A DNA stretch of 64,000 bases from Tubulanus polymorphus (lineage: Eukaryota; Animalia; Nemertea): NCBI RefSeq assembly GCF_964204645.1, contig NC_134026.1, forward strand, positions 13,142,050 through 13,206,049, written 5' to 3'. Below the pieces are notes generated by a model. That model did no database searches. It was not told the DNA's origin and was given only the letters and a program-made list of their open reading frames with translations. The position numbers and the translations under genes are program-made. Below are positions 14,300-25,968 of the stretch, in pieces (positions within the stretch are counted from its first letter, which is position 1; each line of letters starts with the position of its first letter).

Positions 14300-17200
14300 G
14301 AAAATACAAATCCATGATATATGACCAAATTCTACCCTGATGCTTGGTCACCTTCATATACTCTTTAACTTTCTTAAGGTCATAGGACAACACATGGCAG
14401 GGGCAGGACTAGAAGACTAATGGACAAAGTCTGGATTATTTGCCAGTCACAGTGTCACTGCAATGTTAGAGGGGAAGGCATATTATAGAGCAGTGAGAGG
14501 CCATCAACTTGTCTTTGAAGCTGTGAATAAAATTAGGTTGGAAACGTTCGTTACCTGGATTAAAGACAAAGGAAACCCATGCGATATAATATGTGCTGTT
14601 CAAGGTCTCATTGAATCTATCAAGATTAAAGACTCACCGTATGGTAAGTGTAATTTAGTATGAAGACCTTATCATCTTATATTTTATTATTCAATTATTG
14701 TTATTCCACAGTGAGCAAGCAAATTCGAACATATTACTAATTATAGTCTAAGCTAATTACCCAGGCTTGAATAGCTCCAATGTAAAGACTTGGCAATATA
14801 TATCACTGGTCGGCATTGATCAGTGTATATTTAATTGGGAATTTATTTTATTCTGATATTTACAGCTCAATTCCACTACACTATTTTATCTTTTAGACAA
14901 AATGAAGTTACCCGCAGATCGATTGAGGGATGCAAAGTTCAGCCATCTACTGCAAATATTCGATGATGTCCAAAGTGAACACTCAAATAATTACAAGTTA
15001 TGGCTTGATTATATAAATATGGTTGGAGTGATGCTTGATTTCATCAGAGCGACGAGAGACGGGAACTGGTCACTTCATTTAGGAAGTTTTGCTAAAATGC
15101 TACCATGGATGGTTAGGTACGACCATGTCCACTATAGTCGTTGGGGACCAGTGTACTTGGCACAGATGACTGACTTGGAGAACACTGCACCTGATATCTT
15201 GAGGTACAATGCCGTTTGAAAAAAATATTTTTGTAATTTAGAAAGTTCATCAATATTCAGCTCTATTTGGCTGGTAAATTGAAATTACCGTACTGTACTA
15301 ATGCAAAATGATTTGACACGGGTTTATTTTTATTTTTTGAATATCTGCTAATATGTAACAGATAGTGTCATGATTATCATAAAATCTTACCATGTTATCC
15401 ATTTGAATTACAGGGAATTTATCAATAACTTTGTTGCTAAAAGAACGAGCAACAAGTTTAATCAAGTCAATTTTGACCAGGCAACGGAATGGATCAATAG
15501 AACGTGTAAGATGGCTAATGGTATCATTGGTATTTCCCTTGACGAGAAAACCAGAAACAGATTCTGTATAACATGGGCAGCAGCTGCTAATGCCATGCAG
15601 CAGACCAGAGTTCTACTGGGCATCGAAGATACTGAAGTTGAAGGTCCTGTCATATCAGGACAAAAAGACATGCTTCCCAGCAGAATTAATACTGATGTTA
15701 CAGCAATTCAAAATCTGATTACACTTCTGATAAATCACAATGGAAGTCACTAAAATAACAAAAATGTCATCATTATTTTAATTGATCATTCCTCAAGGTT
15801 TTCTGAAATTGTATTGATAAAAAAATCCATTTTGTTATTTTCAGGTTTTTCAAAGTGCTCCTGGTGGATTAATTCGATCTGTGATAAGCAATGATGTAGC
15901 GACAAGGCCAATTACGAATGACTTGGTTAATGCTCACCAGAAAGGCGAAAATAAGTTGGACGGTATAATCCAAAGTAGATTTCTGGACAAATCCAACAGT
16001 TTCTTTGTTCCGATCACCAAAGAGAAAGCAAAGAGATTTCCCGATGTTTACATAGATGAAGTCGTTCAGTCAAAGAAAGTAAAACCAGCCGCTAATGACA
16101 GCACTGCTAAATTCTTCCAAAAGGTTCTAGTAGCTACGCAGGGTGGAGGACGTGATATAGACATGAATTTTATATTAAATCATGAGTTGGCAGAATACCC
16201 ACCAGCCATAGTGACTACAACAGGAGAGATGCGTCAAACAGCCAAAAGCAAAATTCTCGAAATTCTTGGCAGAAATGCTGGTATTGATGTATCTGATAGA
16301 AGTAAACTGGAGAGTACAAAATCAGAGAAATCGATCATCATTGTAGACGGTGTTGCACTTATACAAAAACTTGGGAGTCCAGCAAATTCATCATGCAAAT
16401 CCTTCGATGACTATGGAAGAATATTCTTTGAGAAGGTAATAATGATAAATTACCCACAGACTCAATTTCCGATTTCTTGTAACCTTTAATTTTGGATTTG
16501 CATTGTTATTTTATTATGATATTGATTCTTGGTTGTTATATCAATTTTTCAGGCATGTTCCAACAAACTTGATGACACATCCAGAATAGACGTTGTCTTT
16601 GACTGTTACAATGGAAGTAATTCAATTAAACTTCAAACTCGCTAAAAAAGATCGAAAAAACCTGGAGTGAGGAAACTAATCAACCACGACACGCCTTTCC
16701 CAAAGGTTTGTTAAGTTATTTTTCAGAAATTCTTATCATAAAAACGGAATAATATGTTTAAACATCAGTTTAAACAGTGGCAGTTATTAATAACATGATA
16801 GATGTTGATAATTCAAATGTAATTTCAGGACTGGAAAGCATTCATCACACTAGAAGAAAACAAATCAGACCTCGTAACATTTCTCAGCAACTTTGAGGTG
16901 AAAGTACACAGTGGTATAGAGATATTAGTCAGTGGTGGTCGGACTGTTCCTACTTCAACTACATCTGGGATTTTGCCGCATCTGGGATGCCATCACGAGG
17001 AGGCTGACACCCGCATAATTTATCACATGCAGCATGCAGTAGATGCAGGTAAGCATTATAATCCATTTTGCTGTTTCAAAATCCACAAAAGTATTGGCAA
17101 AACACTTTATTATTGTAATCTAATTACAATTTTTGTTAACTTTTCAGGTGCAACTCGAGAAGTCATTGTTGCTGACGACACAGACGTGCTGCTGCTGCTG

Positions 17201-19196
17201 TTGTATTTCAAAGCAGACATCGATGCTACCGTTTTGTTGATTAGTGGTAAAAAGGTGTACGACATCAGTAAAATCAGGGACAGTCGAAGCGAAAACATTT
17301 TAAACAATATTTTAGGATGGCATGCGATAACTGGATATGACACAACTAGTTCTTTCTCGGGCATTGGCAAAAAAACTGCTTTGGATATTTACGTTAAGCA
17401 TCCAGAACTGCTTTCTGGAATTGGCCGTGGTACAAGTTTTGAAAAAGTTGAAGAGTTTGTCTGTAAAATGTATGACACACAATTTTCAGCTGTAGAGGAA
17501 GCTCGTGTTTCATTATATGAAAATAAGGCCAAAAACCTTTGCTCGCTACCACCAACCAGAGACGCATTGCATTATCATTATATCAGAGTGAACTACCAAT
17601 GTAAAATTTGGTTGAATGCAAATCGTATCTACATGGCGGAAAATCCTGAGGAGACTGGAGCCTGGGTAGATAAAAATGGTAAACTTGTACCACATTACAA
17701 GGACAAAACAGATTTTCCCGATTATGATGAACTGAATTCATGCAAGTGCATTAAAGGCTGCAAAGCAGGGTGCAGGTGTAAGAAACGTGGGAGGTGCATG
17801 AAATCTTGTTTCTGTAAAGGAGAATGCTGCCATGCGCATACAGACTAATGGGATAGTTCTATAATGCCTGTAATAGTTCTGAAGAATATTGTTGTAATAA
17901 TAGTTTTTGTGATAGTTCAAATAGTGTATAACAATTATGATATGTAAGTAGTGATACTATTGTAATAGTTATAGTAATGATGTATGGTAGTAATTATAGC
18001 GATGCAATGTTTCTAATGTGTGATAGTTCTGTAAAACTTCCGAAATAGGTCAAAATAGTGTTAATTGAACAATAAGTGTAATACAGTACATGTATTTATG
18101 ATACTATTGTATTCATAGTTGAATAATATCTGTTTAGCGTATTGTAATAGTTGACAGTTTATATGTAGGCTTTATGTGACTGAATAATTAGTACAAGTGA
18201 GAATATGTTAGTGGTACAAACTTTCAGTGTCTAAACTATAAAATGTACATAATTTATAAAGATATTTTATATAGCTTCGTGAAAAGTGCTGATATATTAT
18301 ATTTAACAATGTTGTGACCTTAATAAATACAAATACGTATGTAGTTAAATTCATTTCAAGTATTAAAAGCTGAATTTATGTAAAGTGATTAATGGGCTCT
18401 TTTGTCAAAATACTATCAGAATTTCGTTCAATCTTTATTTAAATGGATTTATCTCATCGGAAATGGATTCCTGGTCTATGGAAACCTAGGAAATGACACC
18501 AATATCAGCTTTTTATCTGTACTAGAACCAGAGTTATGGCAAATTTCGAAATATCCACAATACAGTAATAACGGGAGCATGTTGCTATGGAAACACAACA
18601 ATGACAATTTAATTTCATTATCAGGGGATTCTAAAATCCATAGCAACCATAATTTATTGTAGACATGTTGTTTACTTACCTTTAGAGTAAGATAACGTAA
18701 ATGCAAAGATTATCAGATAAATTCATAGATATTGGGTACTGTTTTCCTATAACCATAGCAACGGCGTGGCAACAATGAATTAGCCGATGATTGAGGAAAG
18801 CAAACTACCAATGGTCAAGTATTATCAGTAAAAATTGTTTAAAAAAATATAATGTCAAAGTATTACTTTTAGAGCTTAAAAGTTTTTTTCAGTATATTTT
18901 CAAGTAAATGAAGGCACCAGATTTATGTTGCTAGGCAACACACAACAATGAAAAAAGTGATTGTATTCGCATTCATATTTGTGCATGACTATGATATGTC
19001 ATCACTAGTACATGTTTCAGCACCATTCACTTGACCTCCAGGTAATAAAATGAATTCACTTTTGCGTTATTTTTTGTTAAATTTAGCTTAAATTTGGGAT
19101 AAACAGAGGGTACAGACTTTAGCGCCCTCTAGTGGCAAAAAAATGAAGTTGCCAGAGTGGCAATAACCTGATTCTGGATGCTGACATTATGGTCTA
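14300..19196 (+). mobile_element. Academ (XPG-type) DNA transposon, decayed; left end not found
   Basis: Contains the multi-exon transposase-XPG-Cys pseudogene listed next. The putative right terminus ...CTGACATTATGGTCTA (19196) fits TAG...CTA termini. The terminus assignment is inferred because no matching left TIR was seen. Confidence 0.75.
14340..17848 (+). pseudogene. Academ transposase + XPG/PIN-like nuclease + Cys-rich (CXC) protein, spliced pseudogene
   Basis: Exons ~14340-14643, 14897-15203, 15414-15741, 15845-16435, 16553-16705, 16829-17048, 17148-17848. Motifs LGHLHILFNFL..IG, GKAYYRAVRGH, FIRATRDGNWSLHL, DQATEWIN, IIVDG, RIDVVFD, HEEADTRI, DDTDV, GYDTTSSFSGIGKK, LPPT, CKCIKGCKAGCRC..C..SCFC..C. 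Premature TAA at 14418 and 16643. Confidence 0.85.
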
Positions 19197-21087
19197 TCCA
19201 TCGATGTATGTTGCCAAGCTCTACCCAAAAATGCCTAAAGATCGATCTTGGATGGCGGAATATGTTGAATTAAAAAATAACAACACTTATACTTCAGATA
19301 GAATGAATAATATTAAAAGATGTGAAATTTGTAATAAGAAATATAAAAAAGAAAAGGGATTTAGAAATCATAAATTTGCACATGAATGAGATTGATTGAA
19401 TGAAAAATTAAAATGAAAAATATCAATATTAATTTTTTTTAAACTTATATTTATTGAGTTAAATTGAAATAATTTGAAATACAACTAAAATTCCACCTAT
19501 ATAGACTAGAAATAATTGAAATTCTTGAATAATTAAAATTAATTCGAATCATATAATTATTTAATTAATTGTTCAATATATGACCCCTTTAATATCTATT
19601 AAAGGGGTCATTAAGCGGTTTTTGAGATATGGCTTAAAGTATTTTTTATCATCAATTATAACTTATTTATTGATTTAGCGGTCAAGAAATTAATTTTTAA
19701 TTCTTCAATTAGTGTTAAAACGAGACTTTTGATCGGCCGCGCTGATTCCTTCCCAACCCGGAAGTGTGATGTCATTCTGAGAACCCAAACCAAAACAACA
19801 TGGTGTAGTGTATAGAAACAAACAGCGATTAAAGTGCAAAATAGTGACTCAAATACATCAGATTCCAATCAAACGTCTGGAGTTTAGGAAGCCAACAGTT
19901 GTTATTAATAGACAGTCGAAATCATTCCATTTAATTTGGACCTGATGCCTCAGAACGAAGCAATTTGTGACTATAGTACAGCATATTTCTACTTTGTGGA
20001 GCAGCAAGCATTCATCATCATATAAGTCATTCCCTCTTTGTAAAAACCATGAGGAGGGGATGACTGATATAGACATCGCAGATATTTCTGTGGGTAGAGA
20101 TATTTTTATCCAGTACTGGACCATAAAAGCGTCCTGAAACCGTAAACTTGTTCGTGAATCCAAGCCCAGCCAGCGCCATCCCGGCCATGCAATAGTAATG
20201 TGTGCTGCATACATACAGTCAGTATGTTGTACATACTACAGCGATGTGGGTCACTGGGGAAAGCCAGTACTATATCGTTGCTGTTTTCACTAAGCGACGT
20301 ATCTCCAAAAAATTGATTTTTGAGTTTATCCATTAGAAAGATGGGGGACGTACATACTTTATCCATACCAAAAATAGGATTGTACCTCTTTTGGTTTCTG
20401 ACCAATATAGAACCCTGGATGACGTATCTCATATTTATGGCAAAATCATTTTTTCACTAACCGACGTTAGTTTAGATACGACAATTAGTGAAACAAAAAT
20501 ATATGAAATCACGATCTTAATCATTTTTCACTTAGAGATGTATCTTATCTAATCGTAATTGCCACAGTGGAAAAATTTCCAAATAAGTTCAAATGGAGTT
20601 ATTTAACATGGAGCACGCCCGAGGAACATGATTTATTGTGTAGCCATTCCTAAGTTGTAATTCTTGTAGTTAACCTCATCATTGCTAAACAGGGTTAACA
20701 ATAGTAAGTTAAAGATTGTTAATATATGTGAACAATTGCTATCAAATTGAAATATTGTTTACTCATTGAGTTATAATTTGCTAAAAAATTCGAAGTATGA
20801 GTCATTATTCATATCTAAATGCATATATTGTGTGTTTGATAGAGAGACGTATCTACAAAAACAGGCAGTTTTATTTTTCACTTACCGGCGTATCTAACAG
20901 GATAAGGTGTCGTATCTGGTGAAAATCAGAAATTTGGCCCCATAATTTTGGAAAATTGAAAAACAATAACACCATATGATAATTAAGGTAAACCTCTCGA
21001 TTTTGGCCAAATATAAGGTTGAGATGACATGAATGTCTATACCCATCGAGCTACCAAACTTTTCCCGATTTTCAAAGGCCATTTGTG

Positions 21088-22314
21088 AACTAGGGGTCCA
21101 GGGACACCATGCCCACTTGGGAAGTGGTTTCAAATGCTCAACAATCTAACATAACGCCCCCTAGTGACCATATACAAAAACCAATGACCTTGAAACCCAC
21201 CAAAATCATGGAACATGTCAGCAGCTATGATTTTGTAATTGATTGTGATAACAAAATATGCCTCGTTACCAATTTAATATCGAAATACTAAGTTATTCTA
21301 CTATTCAACGCCCCCTGGTGACCATATGCAAATCACCACAATCGTAGTACATGTCATGAACTTCATGGTAACAAAATATGCCTAGGTACAAATCTAATAA
21401 GGAAATACTAAGTTATTTTACTATTCAAGCCCACTGGTGACCATATAGAATAACTAATGTCCTTAAAACTCACCAAAATCATGGAAGATGTCATGAGCTT
21501 CAACCTTGCAATTGATTGTGGTAACAAAATATGCATAGGTACAAATATAATATAGAAATACTAAGTTATTGTATTATTCAACGCCCCCTGGTGGCCACAT
21601 ACAAAAACCAATGACCTTGAAACTCACCCAAAACATAGAACACGTTATGGGCTACAACTTTCCAATTGAATAGAGCAACACAATATGCTTAGGCATCAAT
21701 TTAATGTGGAAAAACTTTTCCCACCTACGAATGAGTACTGATGACACCAAGATGACCGCCAATTGCGTCATAATTGGCTGATCAAAAATACCATTTCTCA
21801 GGTATAAAACATCCTTTTCAAAGAATACCCATCACAAATTGCAATGAGAAATGGCAAACCAGTAGGAAGCTACAGGACCTACAATTCTGGCCAAAATTGA
21901 CATTTTAGGGCACTAAAAAGGTCATAGGATGGCCATCTTCAGTCAGATCGACCCAATTTTTTTTATGCTGATGGGCCCTTGGTAGATTCAAATATAAACG
22001 AAAGATCAAGGTAATTGATCAAAGCGTCTTCAAAATTTCCCTCGAAAACTTCGAAAATGTGTAAAAAGTGCTGATTTTGGCAAACAACAATGGCTGCCAG
22101 TCAGCCATCTTGAATCTGACTGAGCCAGTTTTTGGGCTGAAGATGTATCTAGGGTAGATACATGTATAAACCAAATATCAAGACATTACCTTGAAGCGTC
22201 TTCAGAACTTCCCAAAATAACTGGATTCCCTCTACGGACGGACGAACGGACAGACGACGGATGAAAAGTGAACGCAATAGCTTGCTGGGACTAAAGTCCC
22301 AAGTGGGCTAAAAA
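21088..22314 (+). mobile_element. HINE (Helentron non-autonomous) family 1, full copy with internal ~154-bp repeats
   Basis: 5' AACTAGGGGTCCAGGGACACCATGCCCACTTGGGA. 3' (GACG)n then stem-loop GGGACT-AA-AGTCCC inside subTIR TCCCAAGTGGGC, then an A-run. Confidence 0.8.
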
Positions 22315-22954
22315 TCAATTTTTTGGAGATACGTCGGTTATTGAAAACAGCGACGATATGCAGTGGAAAGCGCGTATCTCTTTCGTCTTACTAGGTATTA
22401 AATTCACAGACATAGCGTCACTTGGCAGAATAAAAGTCTCTCAGATAATAACTAGAATGTCGCTGGTGACGACTGACGCCCCCACATCAGGTGAAACGCC
22501 TGAGAGTAAAGTACACCATGAGGATATATTGAATTGTATATGAAGCAGCTTAGGTATTCAATAGTGAACAAATACATCATCAGCAAAAATAGAGTAAAGT
22601 AACTCAATAGGAATAGTCGAATAGTGAACGAATATTTGATCATCAAAAATAGAGTAAAGTAACTCAACAGGAATAGTTTGAATAAGGAAATACTCCATGA
22701 GTTAATGTATAGAGCATTCGTTGTGTGACAATTCTGGAAATATGCAACCATTAAAATTATTGAAGGCATATCATATAGTCACTAACATTAATGCTAGCCT
22801 GTAAACTCGATCAGGACTTATATCAGTTACTCACTTCTTCGAGCTGTGACATTGAACTTTCACCTACACTACTCAAAATTGAATCAGTTAGGCCTACTTA
22901 TAGTCACAAGATTAATTCATTAATTATTTTACGTAGTAATCGTAAACAATCAAT

Positions 22955-23755
22955 GAATTAGAGCCCGGAAATGAAAATTCCAAAACAACTTCTGGTGACC
23001 TTGACCTTTGACCTACAGGACCCAACATCTAATCAGTTATCTATTTACTCTAGGACAATCCATCAATTTAATTTCACCAAGTTATCTTAAACCATTTATG
23101 AGTAATAGCCTGGAAATGAAAATAGCAAAATAACTTCTGGTGACCTTGACCTTAGACCTACACGACCCGATATCTAAGCAGTCACTGTAGGTCTCTAGGG
23201 TAACCCATCCATAAAATTTCAGCAAGTTATCTTAAATCGTTCATGAGTTAGAGCCCGGAAATTAAAAATACAAAACGGCACCTGGTGACCTTGACCTTAA
23301 ACCTACAGGTTCCAAAATCTAATCAGTTAGCACACGGTCTCTGGGATAACCCATCCATAGAATTTCACTGAGTTATATCAAATCGTTTAAGAGTTAGAGC
23401 CCGGAAATTAAATTTACAAAATGGCATCCTGTGACCTTGACCTTGGACCTACAGGTCCCAAAATCTAATCAGTTACCCACAGTGTCTAGCATAACTCATC
23501 CATTAAATTTCACCTAGTTATCTTAAACCGTTTATGAGTTTGAGCCCAGAAATGAAATTTACAAAATGACTTCCTGTGACCTTGACCTTGGACCTACAGG
23601 ATCCAAAATCTAATCAGTTACTAACCTCATCTAGTACAACACAGTTGTTAAATTTCAGGAAAATTTGTCAAAGGGTTTGGGTGCTAGGGCACGGAAACCA
23701 CTGCGGACAGACGGACGGACGACGTAGTGAATATAGTATGCCCCCCACAAGTTTT
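22955..23755 (+). mobile_element. HINE-like family 2 with ~5 x 145-bp tandem units
   Basis: GTGACCTTGACC recurs at ~22995, 23140, 23285, 23431, 23576. Ends with (GACG)n and TATGCCCCCC. Confidence 0.75.
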
Positions 23756-24502
23756 GTGTATCCAAGTTTGTGTGCCGTAATATTTGTGAGAATCCTTTTC
23801 TTAAAGTGTGAAGCTAGTGGGTGCTCTCGCCCAGTTTTCGTCGATAGATATATTGTGATATTTGGCATCCAGCATTAAAACCATATATGTGACTTTTCAC
23901 GAATTCCAGTGTGGTTTTCTGTCTCAGACACTCTGAGGAGGCGTTAAATTAAAAAATTTTCTTGGGAGAGGACCCCCAAACCACCCGCAATGGCTTCGCA
24001 CCTTCGGCACTTGCATCGTCGTTGCAGAATAAGTTTAATATTTCTTACTGCGCTCTGCCATAAATTTGACCCCTGGAGAACAGTTTCCCAGTGTGTCGAC
24101 TACAGTCGCCTATGGCAAGTTAAGGGTTAAAGGGTAAAGCTAGTTTCATCTAGGACAATTTGGCAATTTTTAAGTTATTGGAAAAGTCATGCAATAAAGA
24201 TTATAGGTCATGTTTGTTAATGAAATAATTCATGAAATAAAGCTGCAAATGGTCTGTGAGTATTTAGATTTTCTTACTCTATCTAAATTTTTGGCTTCTG
24301 GTAATTTTGGGAGATTTCAATGGAGGTGGCCTCCCTAATAAGGGCCTGTATATATCTGTTCACTTACTTAGTAATAAATTATTAGGCCTATGTCACTCAT
24401 TAATTTATTTGTAAACATAAACTTATGCCCATGCTCACTCAGTTCTCTCTAATTAGTGTTAGTCTGCCTGTTGTTTTTCCTTTGATTATACATGTACTCA
24501 TT

Positions 24503-24533
24503 CACCTGATGAGTACACACTAAGTAGCGAAAG
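24503..24533 (+). ncRNA. 5' half of a minimal hammerhead ribozyme interrupted by the Penelope insertion (3' half at 28821-28839)
   Basis: Removing the insertion and one TSD gives CAC-CTGATGA-GTAC-acactaa-GTAGC-GAAA-G-CTT-GTG, followed by AATAAA. Confidence 0.75.
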
Positions 24534-24591
24534 AGGAGAGAATCCCACAATGATAATAAAAAGTCCGAAAATGAAACTTCGAGATAGTAGT

Positions 24592-24637
24592 TTATTCAAC
24601 GTTTCGACTATATCCTAATAGTCATCTTCAGGAATAA
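24592..24637 (-). ncRNA. Penelope hammerhead ribozyme, inverted copy
   Basis: Exact reverse complement of 25824-25869. Confidence 0.85.
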
Positions 24638-25224
24638 TGAGATACTACAGAAATTATGAGATATATATACAATCCAGGGACAAAGAGACTAATTCAAGTA
24701 ATCAGAGATGATACAAACTAAAGGAAAATTAACGTAGAAACAGTTACACGCTAAAATAGATTAAAGGGAAGCAAACTAAGGGGTGATTATAAACAACAAT
24801 AGTGAGTATAAATATAAATGAAACTTAAAGTCAGTAGTAAAAAGAAAGACAAACTAGGGGGCACTTAAATTAAAACAAAGGTGAATACAAGTTAAGTCAG
24901 AGACGAAATTGATGAGAGAACAAATAACAAATAATCAAAGGGGAAATCAAGTGTTGAGTTTAACCAGTTTACAGAGGAATTTTGATATAAGTTTATTATG
25001 GGGTGAAAAACCATTGTTAAGGTTTACAACGTTGTTCGAATTTTCAATAATTAATGCAGATTCCAAAATATGTCTTCTAGTTTTATCGCTGCAAGGGTAA
25101 ACTAATTCAGCATTAGCAAAATCAAAATTGTGTGAAGTCTGAAAAACATGACTAGCAACTCCGCTTTCAGGTTTAAAGTTTTTTACATCTAATTTATGCT
25201 CTTTTATGCGTTGATTAAGATTCC

Positions 25225-25830
25225 GACCTGTTTCTCCTATATATACTTTGTCGCAAACTTTACAAGGTATTTTATAAATTCCACAGTTTAGGGATTCGGT
25301 TTTCGGTTTGTTGTTAATCAATATGTTACTAAGTTTATTATTGTATTTAATTTCACTATTGTTGTTTATAATCACCCCTTAGTTTGCTTCCCTTTAATCT
25401 ATTTTAGCGTGTAACTGTTTCTACGTTAATTTTCCTTTAGTTTGTATCATCTCTGATTACTTGAATTAGTCTCTTTGTCCCTGGATTGTATATATATCTC
25501 ATAATTTCTGTAGTATCTCATTATTCCGACCTGTTTCTCCTATATATACTTTGTCGCAAACTTTACAAGGTATTTTATAAATTCCACAGTTTAGGGATTC
25601 GGTTTTCGGTTTGTTGTTAATCAATATGTTACTAAGTTTATTATTGTATTTAATTTCACTATTGTTGTTTATAATCACCCCTTAGTTTGCTTCCCTTTAA
25701 TCTATTTTAGCGTGTAACTGTTTCTACGTTAATTTTCCTTTAGTTTGTATCATCTCTGATTACTTGAATTAGTCTCTTTGTCCCTGGATTGTATATATAT
25801 CTCATAATTTCTGTAGTATCTCATTATTCC
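25225..25830 (+). repeat. 303-bp tandem duplication spanning the inversion junction of the Penelope 5' end
   Basis: 25225-25527 is repeated at 25528-25830, with ATTCC microhomology at the join. Confidence 0.9.
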
Positions 25831-25869
25831 TGAAGATGACTATTAGGATATAGTCGAAACGTTGAATAA
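25824..25869 (+). ncRNA. Minimal type I hammerhead ribozyme in the 5' pLTR
   Basis: TTATTC-CTGAAGA-T-GACTAT-taggat-ATAGTC-GAAA-C-GTT-GAATAA. 6-bp stem I, 6-bp stem II, palindromic AACGTT stem III, predicted cleavage after GUU (25863). Confidence 0.88.
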
Positions 25870-25968
25870 ACTACTATCTCGAAGTTTCATTTTCGGACTT
25901 TTTATTATCATTGTGGGATTCTCTCCTCATCGCGTCAACACGGATATTGTGTTTTACCTATCGTGATC

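Noticed and set aside
19858-20432. 118- and 108-aa minus-strand ORFs
   Set aside because: No recognisable motifs, and they overlap repeat-derived sequence.
24947-25375. 142-aa GIY-YIG ORF on the minus strand as a separate gene
   Set aside because: It is the inverted duplicate of the Penelope ORF 3' end, and its start comes from the junction.
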